Positions 6,856-16,548 of a DNA stretch of 64,000 nt are shown piece after piece. Numbering within the stretch: the stretch's first letter is position 1; every line of letters starts with the position of its first letter. Source of the DNA: Oligoflexia bacterium (GTDB taxonomy: Bacteria > Bdellovibrionota > Bdellovibrionia > JABDDW01). The notes under the pieces were generated by a model. It made no database searches, had not been told where the DNA came from, and worked only from the letters and a program-made list of their open reading frames with translations. The stretch is from positions 4,311 to 68,310 of the forward strand of contig JAHFAE010000003.1 in the NCBI GenBank assembly GCA_023250675.1, given 5' to 3'. Both the position numbers and the translations under genes were made by a program.

Positions 6856-8585
6856 AACGAATTGGGCTCTATTTAAGAGTATCCACTGAAGAGCAGGCAA
6901 GAATTACTGACGGGAGTCTCGTCAGTCAGAAAGCCAGGCTTGAAGAATATGTGGCAGGCCTTAACAGGCGAGATAGCGGTTGGGGTCAGATAGTTGACGT
7001 TTACCAAGATACCCTTTCGGCTAAAGACATGAACCGCCCGGAGTTTAAAAGACTCATTGCCGATGTTCGCTCGGGCCGCATCAACCTGATCTTGGCAACA
7101 GAGCTTTCCAGATTGTCGAGGTCCACTAGGGATTTTTGCGAGCTGTGGGATATCTTTAAACAATATAAGACCCGCTTCATAACCCTGCGGGAGCAGTTTG
7201 ATACAACCACGGCCGCAGGTGAGATGATGGTTTTTAACCTCATTAATTTTGCTCAATTTGAAAGAAAACAAACGGCTGAAAGAATATCCGCAAACCAGCT
7301 ATCCCGTGCCAAACGCGGGCTTTGGAACGGTGGCACGATTCCATTGGGTTATACCCGTAACCCCAAAAACCCGGGGCAGCTCATTCCAAATCAGGATGAA
7401 GCCAAAGACGTTGAGACGATTTTTAAGACGTTTCTTGAAACTGGAGCTGTTAGAAAAGCCTGTCAGGCCGTTACAAAGAAGGGGATCTTCTCAAAGTCAT
7501 ATGTGAATAAGCACGGTATTGCAAAGGGTGGTGGCGCTTTCACGGTCCCAAGCCTCTATCAAATCCTCACCAATAAGGCCTATCTTGGAATTAGAGAGAT
7601 CAATAAGAAGAAGTCGACCAGTAAATTGGAGGAAGTGAAAGCGGCGTGGGAGCCGATTGTAAATCGGGAATTATTTGACCTGGTTCAAGAAAGACTTGGA
7701 GCAAATAAGAATAAGTATAAACCTGCCGAGTGGAAAAAATATGCTTATCCGCTCACTGAAAAAATTATCTGTGGTGAATGCGGCAAGAATCTCGGGGGCA
7801 AATCTGCTAACGGCCAGGGCGGGACCTATAATTACTATGCTCATGCAAGGCAGCTTCATAGTGACGGCAAATCGCACTTGAAGCGATGTCAAATGGAGAA
7901 GGTGAGGGCTCAAAGGACCGAAGAGATGGTGATTCGCTCCCTTAGAGACGTTCTCTCAAGGCCGGAAAAGATTGACGAGATGATCCAAGCCTACGCGAAA
8001 CAAAGCCAAGAGGTGATACCTGGGCTAGAGGGAAAGCTTAAGCAAGTCGACATTGAAATTAGGACCCATGGGAAACGGCGCGAGAATTTAATGGAACGTA
8101 TTGCAGATTTGCCGCCAGAAATTAATGCTGATTTATTCTTTGAGAAGATTAAGGCTGTGACTAAAAAACTTGAATCGGCAGACGTCATAAAAGCTGATCT
8201 CATGGCACAGAAAAACAAAGCGACGGGCCAGGTTATTGATAGAGAAGGGTTAAGGCGAAGGCTGCACAATTCCTTGGCGCTCCTAGAATCAAGTCCCAAG
8301 GAGAAACAACGCGAGATCTTTAATAACGTCATCCAGTTTGCAGAAGTTTATCCGATGAAAATGCGGTTGGGACTCTACGCCCCGACCGTTTCCTCAACGC
8401 TGACCGATCAAAAGCTTACTGGTACTGATTCTTATTTAAGAAGGTGTGCCAGTTCGACCAGCGTTAGGAGTGGTGCCTCCGAGGAGAATCGAACTCCTAC
8501 ACCCGTGAAGGTACTGGATTTTGAGTCCAGCGCGTCTACCAGTTCCGCCACAGAGGCAATCAAAAAAAACCTAGTGAGTTCATGA
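6852..8585 (+). CDS. Large serine recombinase (resolvase, recombinase, Zn-ribbon and coiled-coil domains)
   Basis: YLRVST catalytic Ser11, LSRLSRS, FAQFERKQTAER, CGECG Zn ribbon. The last 35 codons run antisense through tRNA-Leu and its 5' flank. Confidence 0.93.
   Translation: MKRIGLYLRVSTEEQARITDGSLVSQKARLEEYVAGLNRRDSGWGQIVDVYQDTLSAKDMNRPEFKRLIADVRSGRINLILATELSRLSRSTRDFCELWDIFKQYKTRFITLREQFDTTTAAGEMMVFNLINFAQFERKQTAERISANQLSRAKRGLWNGGTIPLGYTRNPKNPGQLIPNQDEAKDVETIFKTFLETGAVRKACQAVTKKGIFSKSYVNKHGIAKGGGAFTVPSLYQILTNKAYLGIREINKKKSTSKLEEVKAAWEPIVNRELFDLVQERLGANKNKYKPAEWKKYAYPLTEKIICGECGKNLGGKSANGQGGTYNYYAHARQLHSDGKSHLKRCQMEKVRAQRTEEMVIRSLRDVLSRPEKIDEMIQAYAKQSQEVIPGLEGKLKQVDIEIRTHGKRRENLMERIADLPPEINADLFFEKIKAVTKKLESADVIKADLMAQKNKATGQVIDREGLRRRLHNSLALLESSPKEKQREIFNNVIQFAEVYPMKMRLGLYAPTVSSTLTDQKLTGTDSYLRRCASSTSVRSGASEENRTPTPVKVLDFESSASTSSATEAIKKNLVSS
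8471..8557 (-). tRNA. tRNA-Leu(CAA)
   Basis: Reverse complement GCCTCTGTGGCGGAACTGGTAGACGCGCTGGACTCAAAATCCAGTACC...GGAGTTCGATTCTCCTCGGAGGCACCA: anticodon CAA, long variable arm, encoded CCA. Confidence 0.97.
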
Positions 8586-8733
8586 TTTAACCCCAGAAAA
8601 ATACAAAAGCAAAACAAACTCCAATAAAAAACCGGGCTAAGAGGTTACTAGAAGTGGCACGACCACGAAAATTCTGCATAGTAACTGTCAAATTGCTCGC
8701 AGAATGGGAGTGTCACTATCGCAACATAATTAA

Positions 8734-8793
8734 GTAATATCAGTATATTACAATATTACATAAATTAGACTAGGTGGGGGCATGAACATTGCT
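8734..8793 (+). promoter_or_regulatory. Putative sigma54 promoter with upstream IHF-like site
   Basis: GGGGCATGAACATTGCT (GG 8779-8780, GC 8791-8792); TATCAGTATATTA (8738-8750) fits WATCARNNNNTTR. Confidence 0.5.
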
Positions 8794-8843
8794 CACCATT
8801 CTCTCCATAGAAGCTTAGTTTTTAGGCGTAAGGAGAAGATCAG

Positions 8844-10049
8844 ATGGAAAAATTTTTACAAATCGCTGTGGTCGTCGGAACATTGGGAATCTCAGGCTTT
8901 TCCCTAGGAGCTGAAGACTACAATCAAGGATTAAAAAAAGAACTTAGCGAAGTTAAGAAAATTCAGGTTGAAAAAGTAGCTCCAGCTATAAGTTCTGCTG
9001 AATCAATCAACACCGTAACACAAGTTCAGACACAAACCCCTCCGTCTACAAACACGAACCTGCAACCCATCTACATACTGCAACAACCGGCAGCTTCGCC
9101 CCAGGCGCAAGTTCAGCCCGCAACCACCATTGAAGCTGCGCCGGTAAAAGAGTCTCGTGCAGATCAGTTGAGAAAACAAAGAGAAGAAGTTGAACATCAA
9201 ACGGAAAATAAGCTTGTTGAACGACTTGAAGATGATCGCCTCTTATCTGAAAAAGACCGAGCAGACCGACTCTTGGCACCGTTGAATCCACCAACGCCCG
9301 CGGTTTCACCTTCTCCTCTTACTGTCAATCCCCCCATCACGACTGTACCAACTAATGCAACAGTTACTCCGGCGACAGTTGTTCCTCCACCCGTAGTAGC
9401 TCCGGTAATTGTAACAAGAGAAGAAGTACCTACTGTCACAGCTACCCATGATGACCTCATGCGAAACAATGAATCTGAAGAACCTGCTAAGTTCAGCATT
9501 GGTGCCTTGGCCGGTCTTGGTTCTTATCCTTCAGTCGGCAACGTCAACGGCGCCTATGCTGCCGGTGTCCTCATGGATATGCAGTTTGCCGAGCGTTTAG
9601 GACTTGAAACTGCATTTCTTTATTCAAGCTATGACATAAAGAACAACTACAATAATTTTTACTGCCCAGGCTGCGGCGGCAGTCTTGTCACAACTCTCAA
9701 TCAATATAATTTTGATGTTGGTTTGACTTATCATATTTTAGGCGGCCGAGTTTCGCCGGTGGTCGGAGTAATAGCCGACTACACCCGGCGAAGTTATTCA
9801 GATCGAATTCGTTATGGTTCAAATACCGGTTCGACTCGGGGTTCTAATTCCTTTGACGGGGGATTTCTGGTCGGAGTAGACGTTTCGGCAACCAAAAAAC
9901 TAACGGTGGGTATGGATATTCGATATCTCATGAATTTCAGTTACCGCACCGACGACGCACTAGCTTATAACGTAGGTTATCAGCAAGGCGATCCCATTGA
10001 ATCTCTCAATTACTACTTTGCCACATTAAGTTTGAAATTGTCCTTATAA
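8844..10049 (+). CDS. Outer-membrane beta-barrel protein with coiled-coil and Pro/Thr/Val-rich periplasmic linker
   Basis: Signal peptide, low-complexity PPVVAP region, alternating beta-strands at the C-terminus; AAGGAG RBS. Confidence 0.7.
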   Translation: MEKFLQIAVVVGTLGISGFSLGAEDYNQGLKKELSEVKKIQVEKVAPAISSAESINTVTQVQTQTPPSTNTNLQPIYILQQPAASPQAQVQPATTIEAAPVKESRADQLRKQREEVEHQTENKLVERLEDDRLLSEKDRADRLLAPLNPPTPAVSPSPLTVNPPITTVPTNATVTPATVVPPPVVAPVIVTREEVPTVTATHDDLMRNNESEEPAKFSIGALAGLGSYPSVGNVNGAYAAGVLMDMQFAERLGLETAFLYSSYDIKNNYNNFYCPGCGGSLVTTLNQYNFDVGLTYHILGGRVSPVVGVIADYTRRSYSDRIRYGSNTGSTRGSNSFDGGFLVGVDVSATKKLTVGMDIRYLMNFSYRTDDALAYNVGYQQGDPIESLNYYFATLSLKLSL

Positions 10050-10051
10050 TC

Positions 10052-10082
10052 AAAAGCGCTTCAGGATGAGGCGCTTTTTTTT
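10052..10082 (+). terminator. Rho-independent terminator
   Basis: AAAAGCGCTTCA-GGA-TGAGGCGCTTTTTTTT right after the stop codon. Confidence 0.8.
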
Positions 10083-10124
10083 GTTCAAAATGACAAAACT
10101 TCAAAACTCTGGCATCCTGTTGTT

Positions 10125-10817
10125 ATGCACATGACTTCTAAAAGTTTACTCTTATTTCTAGTCCTTTCAGTTTTCGGAACACCCGATGCTTTTGCAACAA
10201 AACAAATGGTTCTTAAATCAGTGGGTGCCGTAGGTGGCAAGGTCATTACAAACCGCGATGTTGAAGCAAATTACATCGTAGATAGGGTGCTGTATAATAA
10301 TGGTTCCTATACTCCTATTAGTCTTGGCACCGAAGAATTTAACTCGGCTCTAGATCGGCTGCTAGTCGAATATATGGTTTTTGAAGAAGCAACGGAGTTT
10401 GGTGTGGCAAAGGTAGCCGATTCTGAAGTTGACCAATCTTTTGGCTCCGTAAAAACTAAATTAAATAACACGGGCCCCATTCATTCAAATTGGTCTTTGT
10501 TAGGATACTCAGAGCCGCAGCTCAAAGAAATGGTGGGAAGAAAACTTCGCTCCAATCGATTCATTAAATATAAGTCTAACTCCAGTTACGTTCAGGTCAG
10601 CGACGAAGAGGCTCGGGATTATTTTAATAAAAACCAATTAAAATTTGGAACGGCTGAATTTGAAGGATTTAAGGTCAATATCAAGAAATTTCTTGGTAAG
10701 AAAAATGCCGACGATCGGCTCCGAGAATGGTTTGAAATTCTTCGAAAAAAGCATAAAGTAAAAAATCTTCAAATTGCCAATGAAGGGCACAGTGTTAAAG
10801 CACCGGCCGATCAATAG
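10125..10817 (+). CDS. SurA N-terminal-like periplasmic chaperone
   Basis: Signal peptide; VGGKVITNRDV, ALDRLL, VSDEEARDYF, WFEILRKK; no PPIase domain. Confidence 0.6.
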   Translation: MHMTSKSLLLFLVLSVFGTPDAFATKQMVLKSVGAVGGKVITNRDVEANYIVDRVLYNNGSYTPISLGTEEFNSALDRLLVEYMVFEEATEFGVAKVADSEVDQSFGSVKTKLNNTGPIHSNWSLLGYSEPQLKEMVGRKLRSNRFIKYKSNSSYVQVSDEEARDYFNKNQLKFGTAEFEGFKVNIKKFLGKKNADDRLREWFEILRKKHKVKNLQIANEGHSVKAPADQ

Positions 10818-11229
10818 TTCCGATCTACCTGATATTCTAAAGATCAATAATCAAGTTCAACTCAATCCGTGGACTCAAGCCGATATTGAAGTCGAAATAT
10901 CAAAACAATGTAATTTTTCTAAAGCAGCACTCAAAGAAGATAAACTCGTTGGCTATTTGCTGGTTCGAGAGTGTGGCAAAGATTTAGAGATTATGTCCAT
11001 AGGAGTTGACCAAAAGCATCAACGCTCCGGTATAGGAAGCGCGTTATTAAAAGAGTTAATCCAATCTAAACCGCCATCCACAGAGCTTTTTTTAGAAGTA
11101 AGTCATGAAAATCAACCGGCACAGGCGATCTATTTAAGGATGGGGTTTGAAACCTACTTGGTTAGAAAATCCTATTACGGAGATGGCAGCAACGCCCTCT
11201 GCATGAAACTTCGCCTTGCAAATCCCTAA
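10774..11229 (+). CDS. rimI: RimI-like GNAT N-acetyltransferase (start may be the GTG at 10792)
   Basis: PWT, QRSGIG, LFLEV...N..A..IY...GF, RKSYY. Confidence 0.75.
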   Translation: MPMKGTVLKHRPINSSDLPDILKINNQVQLNPWTQADIEVEISKQCNFSKAALKEDKLVGYLLVRECGKDLEIMSIGVDQKHQRSGIGSALLKELIQSKPPSTELFLEVSHENQPAQAIYLRMGFETYLVRKSYYGDGSNALCMKLRLANP

Positions 11230-11327
11230 TGGTTTTGATAAGTTTCCCTCAATTTAGTAGAACCAATGTTAATAAAAGACTCGTTTAAAATCTGGAGTCT
11301 ATTATTTTCCTTAGTTCTAGGCGCTTT

Positions 11328-11353
11328 GGTGGGCCATTTGGCCCTTTTTTTTT
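11328..11353 (+). promoter_or_regulatory. rimP leader hairpin/attenuator
   Basis: GGTGGGCCATTTGGCCC followed by T9, just upstream of rimP-nusA, the position of the known rimP leader terminator. Confidence 0.65.
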
Positions 11354-11370
11354 ATTATTAGGCAAAAAAT

Positions 11371-11886
11371 TTGGATATTGAAAAAATTGTTACCCTTATA
11401 AGTCCCGTAGTAGAAAAGAGTGGGTATTCACTCTACGACGTGGAATTCATAGGGAGAACGCTACGCGTCAGCATTGATAGGACCGAAGGAATTAGCCTTC
11501 AGGATTGTGTCGACTTGAGCCGCCTCATAAACCCACTTTTAGATGTTGAGGACGCGATCCCGGGCGGTCGTTACGAATTAGAAGTGAGCAGCCCTGGTCT
11601 TGATCGCAACCTTCGAAAACCTCCCCATTTTCAGTCCGTAGTGGGCCATAAAATTCATGTGACAACAGAGGTTCCCTTATCGAATTGGAACGGGGGGCTA
11701 GAAGACAGTTTCTTCCGCAATCGAAAGAATATTAGTGGAATACTAACTTCATTTGACGGGGTCACCATTGCTCTAAACACCGATGGTCGTGACGTTAAAA
11801 TTCCACTGTCAGCAGTTGCAAAAGCATATGTAGATTTTGAAATGAAAACGACACCAAAGAAGGGAAAGAGAGTAGAAAATGGCTGA
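11371..11886 (+). CDS. rimP: Ribosome maturation factor RimP
   Basis: YELEVSSPGLDR motif; directly upstream of nusA. Confidence 0.95.
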   Translation: MDIEKIVTLISPVVEKSGYSLYDVEFIGRTLRVSIDRTEGISLQDCVDLSRLINPLLDVEDAIPGGRYELEVSSPGLDRNLRKPPHFQSVVGHKIHVTTEVPLSNWNGGLEDSFFRNRKNISGILTSFDGVTIALNTDGRDVKIPLSAVAKAYVDFEMKTTPKKGKRVENG

Positions 11887-13507
11887 TGGTATCTTATTTT
11901 CTGAGTTAAGCCGAATGATAGATCAGGTCGGCAAAGATAAGGGCATTGATAAGAAAATTATTATCGAGGCTGTGAAGATGGCCATGGAAACTGCCGCAAG
12001 AAAGAAATTTGGTGTCAATAAAGAGATCGAAGCACAATTTAACGAAGAAACCGGTGAGCTTGAAATTTTTGAATTTCGCACCGTCGTCGAAGAGATCGAC
12101 GTTGAAGACACAGATATTCTCTTAGAAGACGCTCGAAAGCTGGATTCCGAAGTTCAGATTGGCGATAGTTTAGGAATTAAACTTGATTCCTCTCAACTAG
12201 GTCGAATCGCGGCACAAACTGCAAAACAAATCATCGTTGGGCGAGTTCGTGATGCTGAACGAGAAATCATCTACGCCGAGTTTCAAGAGCGAAAAGGTGA
12301 AATCGCCAGCGGCATAGCCCGCCGAGTTGAACGAGGAGCTATCGTTGTTGATTTAGGTAGAACAGAAGCCTACCTTCCTCAGAGAGAACAAATTCCCGGC
12401 GAAATTTTTAAGCCAGGAGACCGAATTCAAGGATATATTGCAGACGTTCGACAAAGTTTGAGGGGCCCTCAGATTATAATGTCTCGAGCTGACGAGCGAT
12501 ATCTCTCAAAACTTTTTGAGATGGAAGTTCCTGAGATTTACGACGGAATAGTTGAAATCAAAGCTGCTGCCCGTGAGCCCGGAAGCAGAGCTAAGATTGC
12601 TGTATCCAGTAAAGACCCGTCTGTTGATCCAGTAGGCGCCTGTGTTGGTATGAAAGGCAGTCGAGTCCAAAATATCGTTCAAGAATTAAAAGGCGAAAAA
12701 ATTGACATCGTCTCTTGGCATGAAGATTCCACCCGGTTTGTCTGTAATGCCTTAGCTCCAGCTGAAGTAAGCAAGGTCATTATCGATGAAGGTTCTAGAG
12801 AGATGGAAATTGTAGTGCCCGATAACCAACTGAGTCTTGCCATTGGTAAAAAAGGCCAAAACGTGCGTTTAGCGGCCAAACTTTCTGGTTGGAAGTTAGA
12901 TATCTTAAGTGAAACCAAGGTCCAAGCCAAAACCCAAGAGGCTATTTTCAACCTCATGTTAATTCCAGGTATCAGCGAAACCATGGCTCAAAACATTTAC
13001 CAATCGGGCTATGCTTCGCTTCAAGAAATTTCAAAGGCAGCCGTAGACGATTTGGCTCAAATTCCTGGCTACGATCAAGATAAAGCCCAAAAGCTTTTAG
13101 ACACTGTAGTTGAAGTTATTAAGAGTTATGCAGACAGTGGCAAGCCCTTACCACAGAGTGAAGCAGCAGTGATTGCCAAGAGCAGTGGTGCTAGTGGCGC
13201 GAAAGCCTTAGCTGAAGCTAGACTGAAAATGGAATTAAGTGCTTTAAAAGCTGCGACTAATAAGATTTCAGAAGAGCCGCAAGAAAAAACACCTGAACAA
13301 TTAGAAGCAGAGGCTGCAGCCGCTGAACTCTTAGAGATTCGGGGTGTCGGTGAGACAACGGTTGAACAGTTAAAGGCTGCGGGCGTTAAGAGTTTAGATG
13401 ATTTACTAGCAAGGTCAGAAGAAGAACTGAGTGCCATCGATGGTATCGGTGAGAAAAAAGCTAAGCAGCTCAAGACAGATGCTGAAGCCTACAGAAAAGA
13501 AAACTAA
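11879..13507 (+). CDS. nusA: Transcription factor NusA with C-terminal HhH repeats
   Basis: GRIAAQTAKQ, AREPGSRAK, GACVGMKGSRV, AIGKKGQNVRLA. Confidence 0.97.
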   Translation: MADGILFSELSRMIDQVGKDKGIDKKIIIEAVKMAMETAARKKFGVNKEIEAQFNEETGELEIFEFRTVVEEIDVEDTDILLEDARKLDSEVQIGDSLGIKLDSSQLGRIAAQTAKQIIVGRVRDAEREIIYAEFQERKGEIASGIARRVERGAIVVDLGRTEAYLPQREQIPGEIFKPGDRIQGYIADVRQSLRGPQIIMSRADERYLSKLFEMEVPEIYDGIVEIKAAAREPGSRAKIAVSSKDPSVDPVGACVGMKGSRVQNIVQELKGEKIDIVSWHEDSTRFVCNALAPAEVSKVIIDEGSREMEIVVPDNQLSLAIGKKGQNVRLAAKLSGWKLDILSETKVQAKTQEAIFNLMLIPGISETMAQNIYQSGYASLQEISKAAVDDLAQIPGYDQDKAQKLLDTVVEVIKSYADSGKPLPQSEAAVIAKSSGASGAKALAEARLKMELSALKAATNKISEEPQEKTPEQLEAEAAAAELLEIRGVGETTVEQLKAAGVKSLDDLLARSEEELSAIDGIGEKKAKQLKTDAEAYRKEN

Positions 13508-13522
13508 TTCAAAGGACGGCGA

Positions 13523-16183
13523 GTGGAGCAAATTAAAGTATTCGAATTGGCAAAACAAATGGGCATGGAAACCATCGCCCTCATGGACAAACTTCGGGAA
13601 TTCAAAATTCCTGTTAAAAGTCACATGGCTGAATTGGATGAAATCCTGGTCGCACAGATCCAGGTAAAATTTGACGAAGAAAAAAAGACCACTCCTAAAA
13701 AAGCGACTAAGACCGTCAGAGCTAAAAAAGCAGCATCGTCTGCAAGCCCTGCAATATCATCAAACATAATTAAGAGTAACTCTACTGCAGCAAAGGCCCC
13801 TGTAAAAGCTACTTCAAAACCTGCGGTTAAAGCGGTAACGAAGGCGAGTGGTCCGGTAGAATCAGCACTTCCTTCTAGTCGAACAGTCATTAGAAGAAAA
13901 GCAAACGCCCCTGAACTAGTCCAACCTGATGCAGTTGAAATAGCAGAACAAAATATTGAAGGAGATGCCCAACACGCTGATTCGGTTGAGGGTTTAGAGC
14001 ATGGGAGGACGGATGTAGAAACTAGTTCTCAGTTAGTTGTTGATGAGAAAACACCCGTCAGACCTGGAATGGCCCAAGTTATTTCACGAATTGATCTTCG
14101 AGATACAATGGGCTCAAAAGCGCCCGTGATCCCATCAACTCAAGGGACTACTCAGGCTTCCAAAGAAAAAGCTGTCGCCGACGCTCGTGCCGCTAGTGAA
14201 GCGACTCTTGAAGCAAATAAATTTGACCGAGAAGCTATTGGAAAACTCATTAAGCAAGAGGCCCTAGCTCAAGCCAAGAAAGCGGCTGCTCTTCTCAGAG
14301 AAACAAAAATTGAAACTTTTAACGCAGCCGATTTTAAAAAGCGAGAAATGCTTTTTCAACCCAAAAAGAAAAAAACACTTACTGGCAGGGCAGCTCAGAA
14401 GACACAAATCACCAAACCCGGCGCTGCAAAGCGTAAAATAAAAATTGATGGATTAATAAATGTATCTGAGTTGGCTCAGGCAATGGGCATAAAGGCCAAT
14501 GTATTGCTAAAAAAACTCTTGGCCATGGGTTCAACTGTTGCCATCACAGATGTTTTAGATTTCGAAACGGCTCAAATTACTGCGACAGAGTTTGGATTTG
14601 AGGTTGAAAACATAAACCGAACAGATGAGCAATTGATTGCCGAAAATTCCGATGTAGTCGATAAGACGATGCAATCGAGGCCACCTGTTGTTACTGTTAT
14701 GGGGCACGTTGACCACGGAAAAACCTCCCTTTTAGATTCTATTCGAAAAGCAAACGTGGCTAGCGGTGAAGCGGGAGGCATAACTCAGCATATAGGTGCT
14801 TACAGCGTTGAAATCAATTCTAAGAAAATCACTTTTCTAGACACTCCTGGCCATGAGGCTTTTACCGCAATGCGAGCGCGCGGTGCAAAAGTTACTGACA
14901 TCGTCATTTTGGTCGTAGCTGCTGATGATGGAATTATGCCCCAGACAAGAGAAGCAATATTACACGCAAAAACTGCAGGCGTTCCCATTATCGTGGTCGT
15001 TAACAAAATGGATTTGCCCGCTGCTAATCCTCAAAAAGTTTTGCAAGGTTTAACTGAATTTGAGTTAGTTCCTGAAGAATGGGGCGGAACAACAATCGTA
15101 GCGAAAGTTTCTGCGACGAAAAAAGATGGAATTAAAGAATTATTAGAAATGATTTTGCTGCAAGCCGAAGTTTTAGAACTTAAAGCTAATCCCAACAGAC
15201 CTGCCTCAGGAACAATTATTGAAGCAAGACTTGAACGGGGCTGCGGAACTGTAGCCACCATGCTTGTTCAACAGGGAACAGCTAGAATTGGTGATATTGT
15301 TGTCGCGGGAGTTGTCTCAGGCCGAATTAGGGCTATGAATGATGACAAGGGAAAATCGGTAAAGCAAGCCTCGCCTGGTGATCCCGTTGAGATCACAGGT
15401 TTAGACGCTGTCCCCAGTGCAGGCGATGTATTTGATGTAGTAAAGAGCGAAGAAGTGGCAAAAGAAATCATTGAGAAACGAATTTCAAAAACTAAAGCTA
15501 GTCAGGCCACCCCTGCTCTCAAAATGTCCCTAGAAGACCTATTTGCAAAGGTTCAGCAATCTGATGTTAAGGAATTAGCGGTCATAGTAAAGGCTGACGT
15601 GCATGGGTCGGCTGAAGCTCTTAAAGAATTGCTTAATAAGTCTTCCAGCGAAAAAGTTCGCCTGAAAGTACTTTCAAGTACTGTTGGTGGTATTACTGAG
15701 AGCGATGTTCTTTTGGCTTCCACAAGTAATGCTATTATCATTGGGTTTAACGTAAGGCCAGAGTCGGGAGTTGGTGCAGTAGCAGAACGCGAAGGTATAG
15801 AAATAAAAACTTACTCTATAATCTACGAGGTGATTGACGATATTAAAAAAGCAATGACCGGAATGTTGGCGCCGACCTTTGTTGAGAAAGCTCTGGGACG
15901 AGCAGAAGTTCGATCTCTGTTCAACGTCCCAAAGGTGGGGACAGTTGCTGGTTGCATGGTTGTCGATGGTAAAGTAACTCGGCAATCTCAAGTTCGCTTG
16001 CTTAGAGACAGTCGAATCATTTACGAAGGAAAACTTGCATCTCTGAGGCGTTTTAAAGATGACGCCCGCGAAGTTCAAAGTGGTTATGAATGCGGTATTG
16101 GTATCGATAACTATAACGACCTTAAAGTAGGCGATGTTATTGAAGCTTATACCAAAGAACAAGTAGCGAGCTTACTGTCATGA
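13523..16183 (+). CDS. infB: Translation initiation factor IF-2
   Basis: [30 protein letters not shown]. Confidence 0.98.
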   Translation: MEQIKVFELAKQMGMETIALMDKLREFKIPVKSHMAELDEILVAQIQVKFDEEKKTTPKKATKTVRAKKAASSASPAISSNIIKSNSTAAKAPVKATSKPAVKAVTKASGPVESALPSSRTVIRRKANAPELVQPDAVEIAEQNIEGDAQHADSVEGLEHGRTDVETSSQLVVDEKTPVRPGMAQVISRIDLRDTMGSKAPVIPSTQGTTQASKEKAVADARAASEATLEANKFDREAIGKLIKQEALAQAKKAAALLRETKIETFNAADFKKREMLFQPKKKKTLTGRAAQKTQITKPGAAKRKIKIDGLINVSELAQAMGIKANVLLKKLLAMGSTVAITDVLDFETAQITATEFGFEVENINRTDEQLIAENSDVVDKTMQSRPPVVTVMGHVDHGKTSLLDSIRKANVASGEAGGITQHIGAYSVEINSKKITFLDTPGHEAFTAMRARGAKVTDIVILVVAADDGIMPQTREAILHAKTAGVPIIVVVNKMDLPAANPQKVLQGLTEFELVPEEWGGTTIVAKVSATKKDGIKELLEMILLQAEVLELKANPNRPASGTIIEARLERGCGTVATMLVQQGTARIGDIVVAGVVSGRIRAMNDDKGKSVKQASPGDPVEITGLDAVPSAGDVFDVVKSEEVAKEIIEKRISKTKASQATPALKMSLEDLFAKVQQSDVKELAVIVKADVHGSAEALKELLNKSSSEKVRLKVLSSTVGGITESDVLLASTSNAIIIGFNVRPESGVGAVAEREGIEIKTYSIIYEVIDDIKKAMTGMLAPTFVEKALGRAEVRSLFNVPKVGTVAGCMVVDGKVTRQSQVRLLRDSRIIYEGKLASLRRFKDDAREVQSGYECGIGIDNYNDLKVGDVIEAYTKEQVASLLS

Positions 16184-16548
16184 GCGAAGGCCGCAAACCC
16201 AGATCCCATAGACCCGATCGAATGGCTGACTTTGTACGCGAAGAAGTAGCCCAGTTTTTGTTGAACGGACTAAAAGATCCAAGAATCGGATTTATCACTG
16301 TTACGAATGTCAAAATGACGGTCGATTTAAAAACTGCACGTGTCTATTATTCGGTATTTGGTTCTGACAAGGAAAAACAAGAAACAGAAGAGGCCTTGTC
16401 TGAGTCTTTAGGAAAGATTCGTTCGCATTTATCCAAAAAAATGCATACCCGATTTAGTCCAAGATTAGAATTTTTTGTAGATGAAGGACTTGAAAATAGT
16501 TATCGAGTTCAGGAACTCTTAGGAAGTATCAATCGTGCTGAAACCTGA
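16180..16548 (+). CDS. rbfA: Ribosome-binding factor A
   Basis: KDPRIGFITVT...DLKTARVY...PRLEF; follows infB. Confidence 0.95.
   Translation: MSEGRKPRSHRPDRMADFVREEVAQFLLNGLKDPRIGFITVTNVKMTVDLKTARVYYSVFGSDKEKQETEEALSESLGKIRSHLSKKMHTRFSPRLEFFVDEGLENSYRVQELLGSINRAET

Larger units (their letters stand above)
2397..8477. mobile_element. ~6.07 kb integrative (possibly mobilisable) element inserted at the 3' end of tRNA-Leu(CAA) by a large serine recombinase
   Basis: Direct repeat TGGTGCC at 2397-2403 and 8471-8477. The reconstructed attP has inverted CAGTTCG/CGAACTG arms equidistant from the central GC. Cargo includes a recombinase, a Replic_Relax protein and a TA pair. Confidence 0.8.

Noticed and set aside
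8432..8617. 61 aa minus-strand ORF
   Set aside because: It is the tRNA-Leu sequence read as codons.
15232..15248. IF-2 has ERGCG where xRGRG/DKGRG is usual
   Set aside because: A single substitution that cannot be told apart from a variant or sequencing error.
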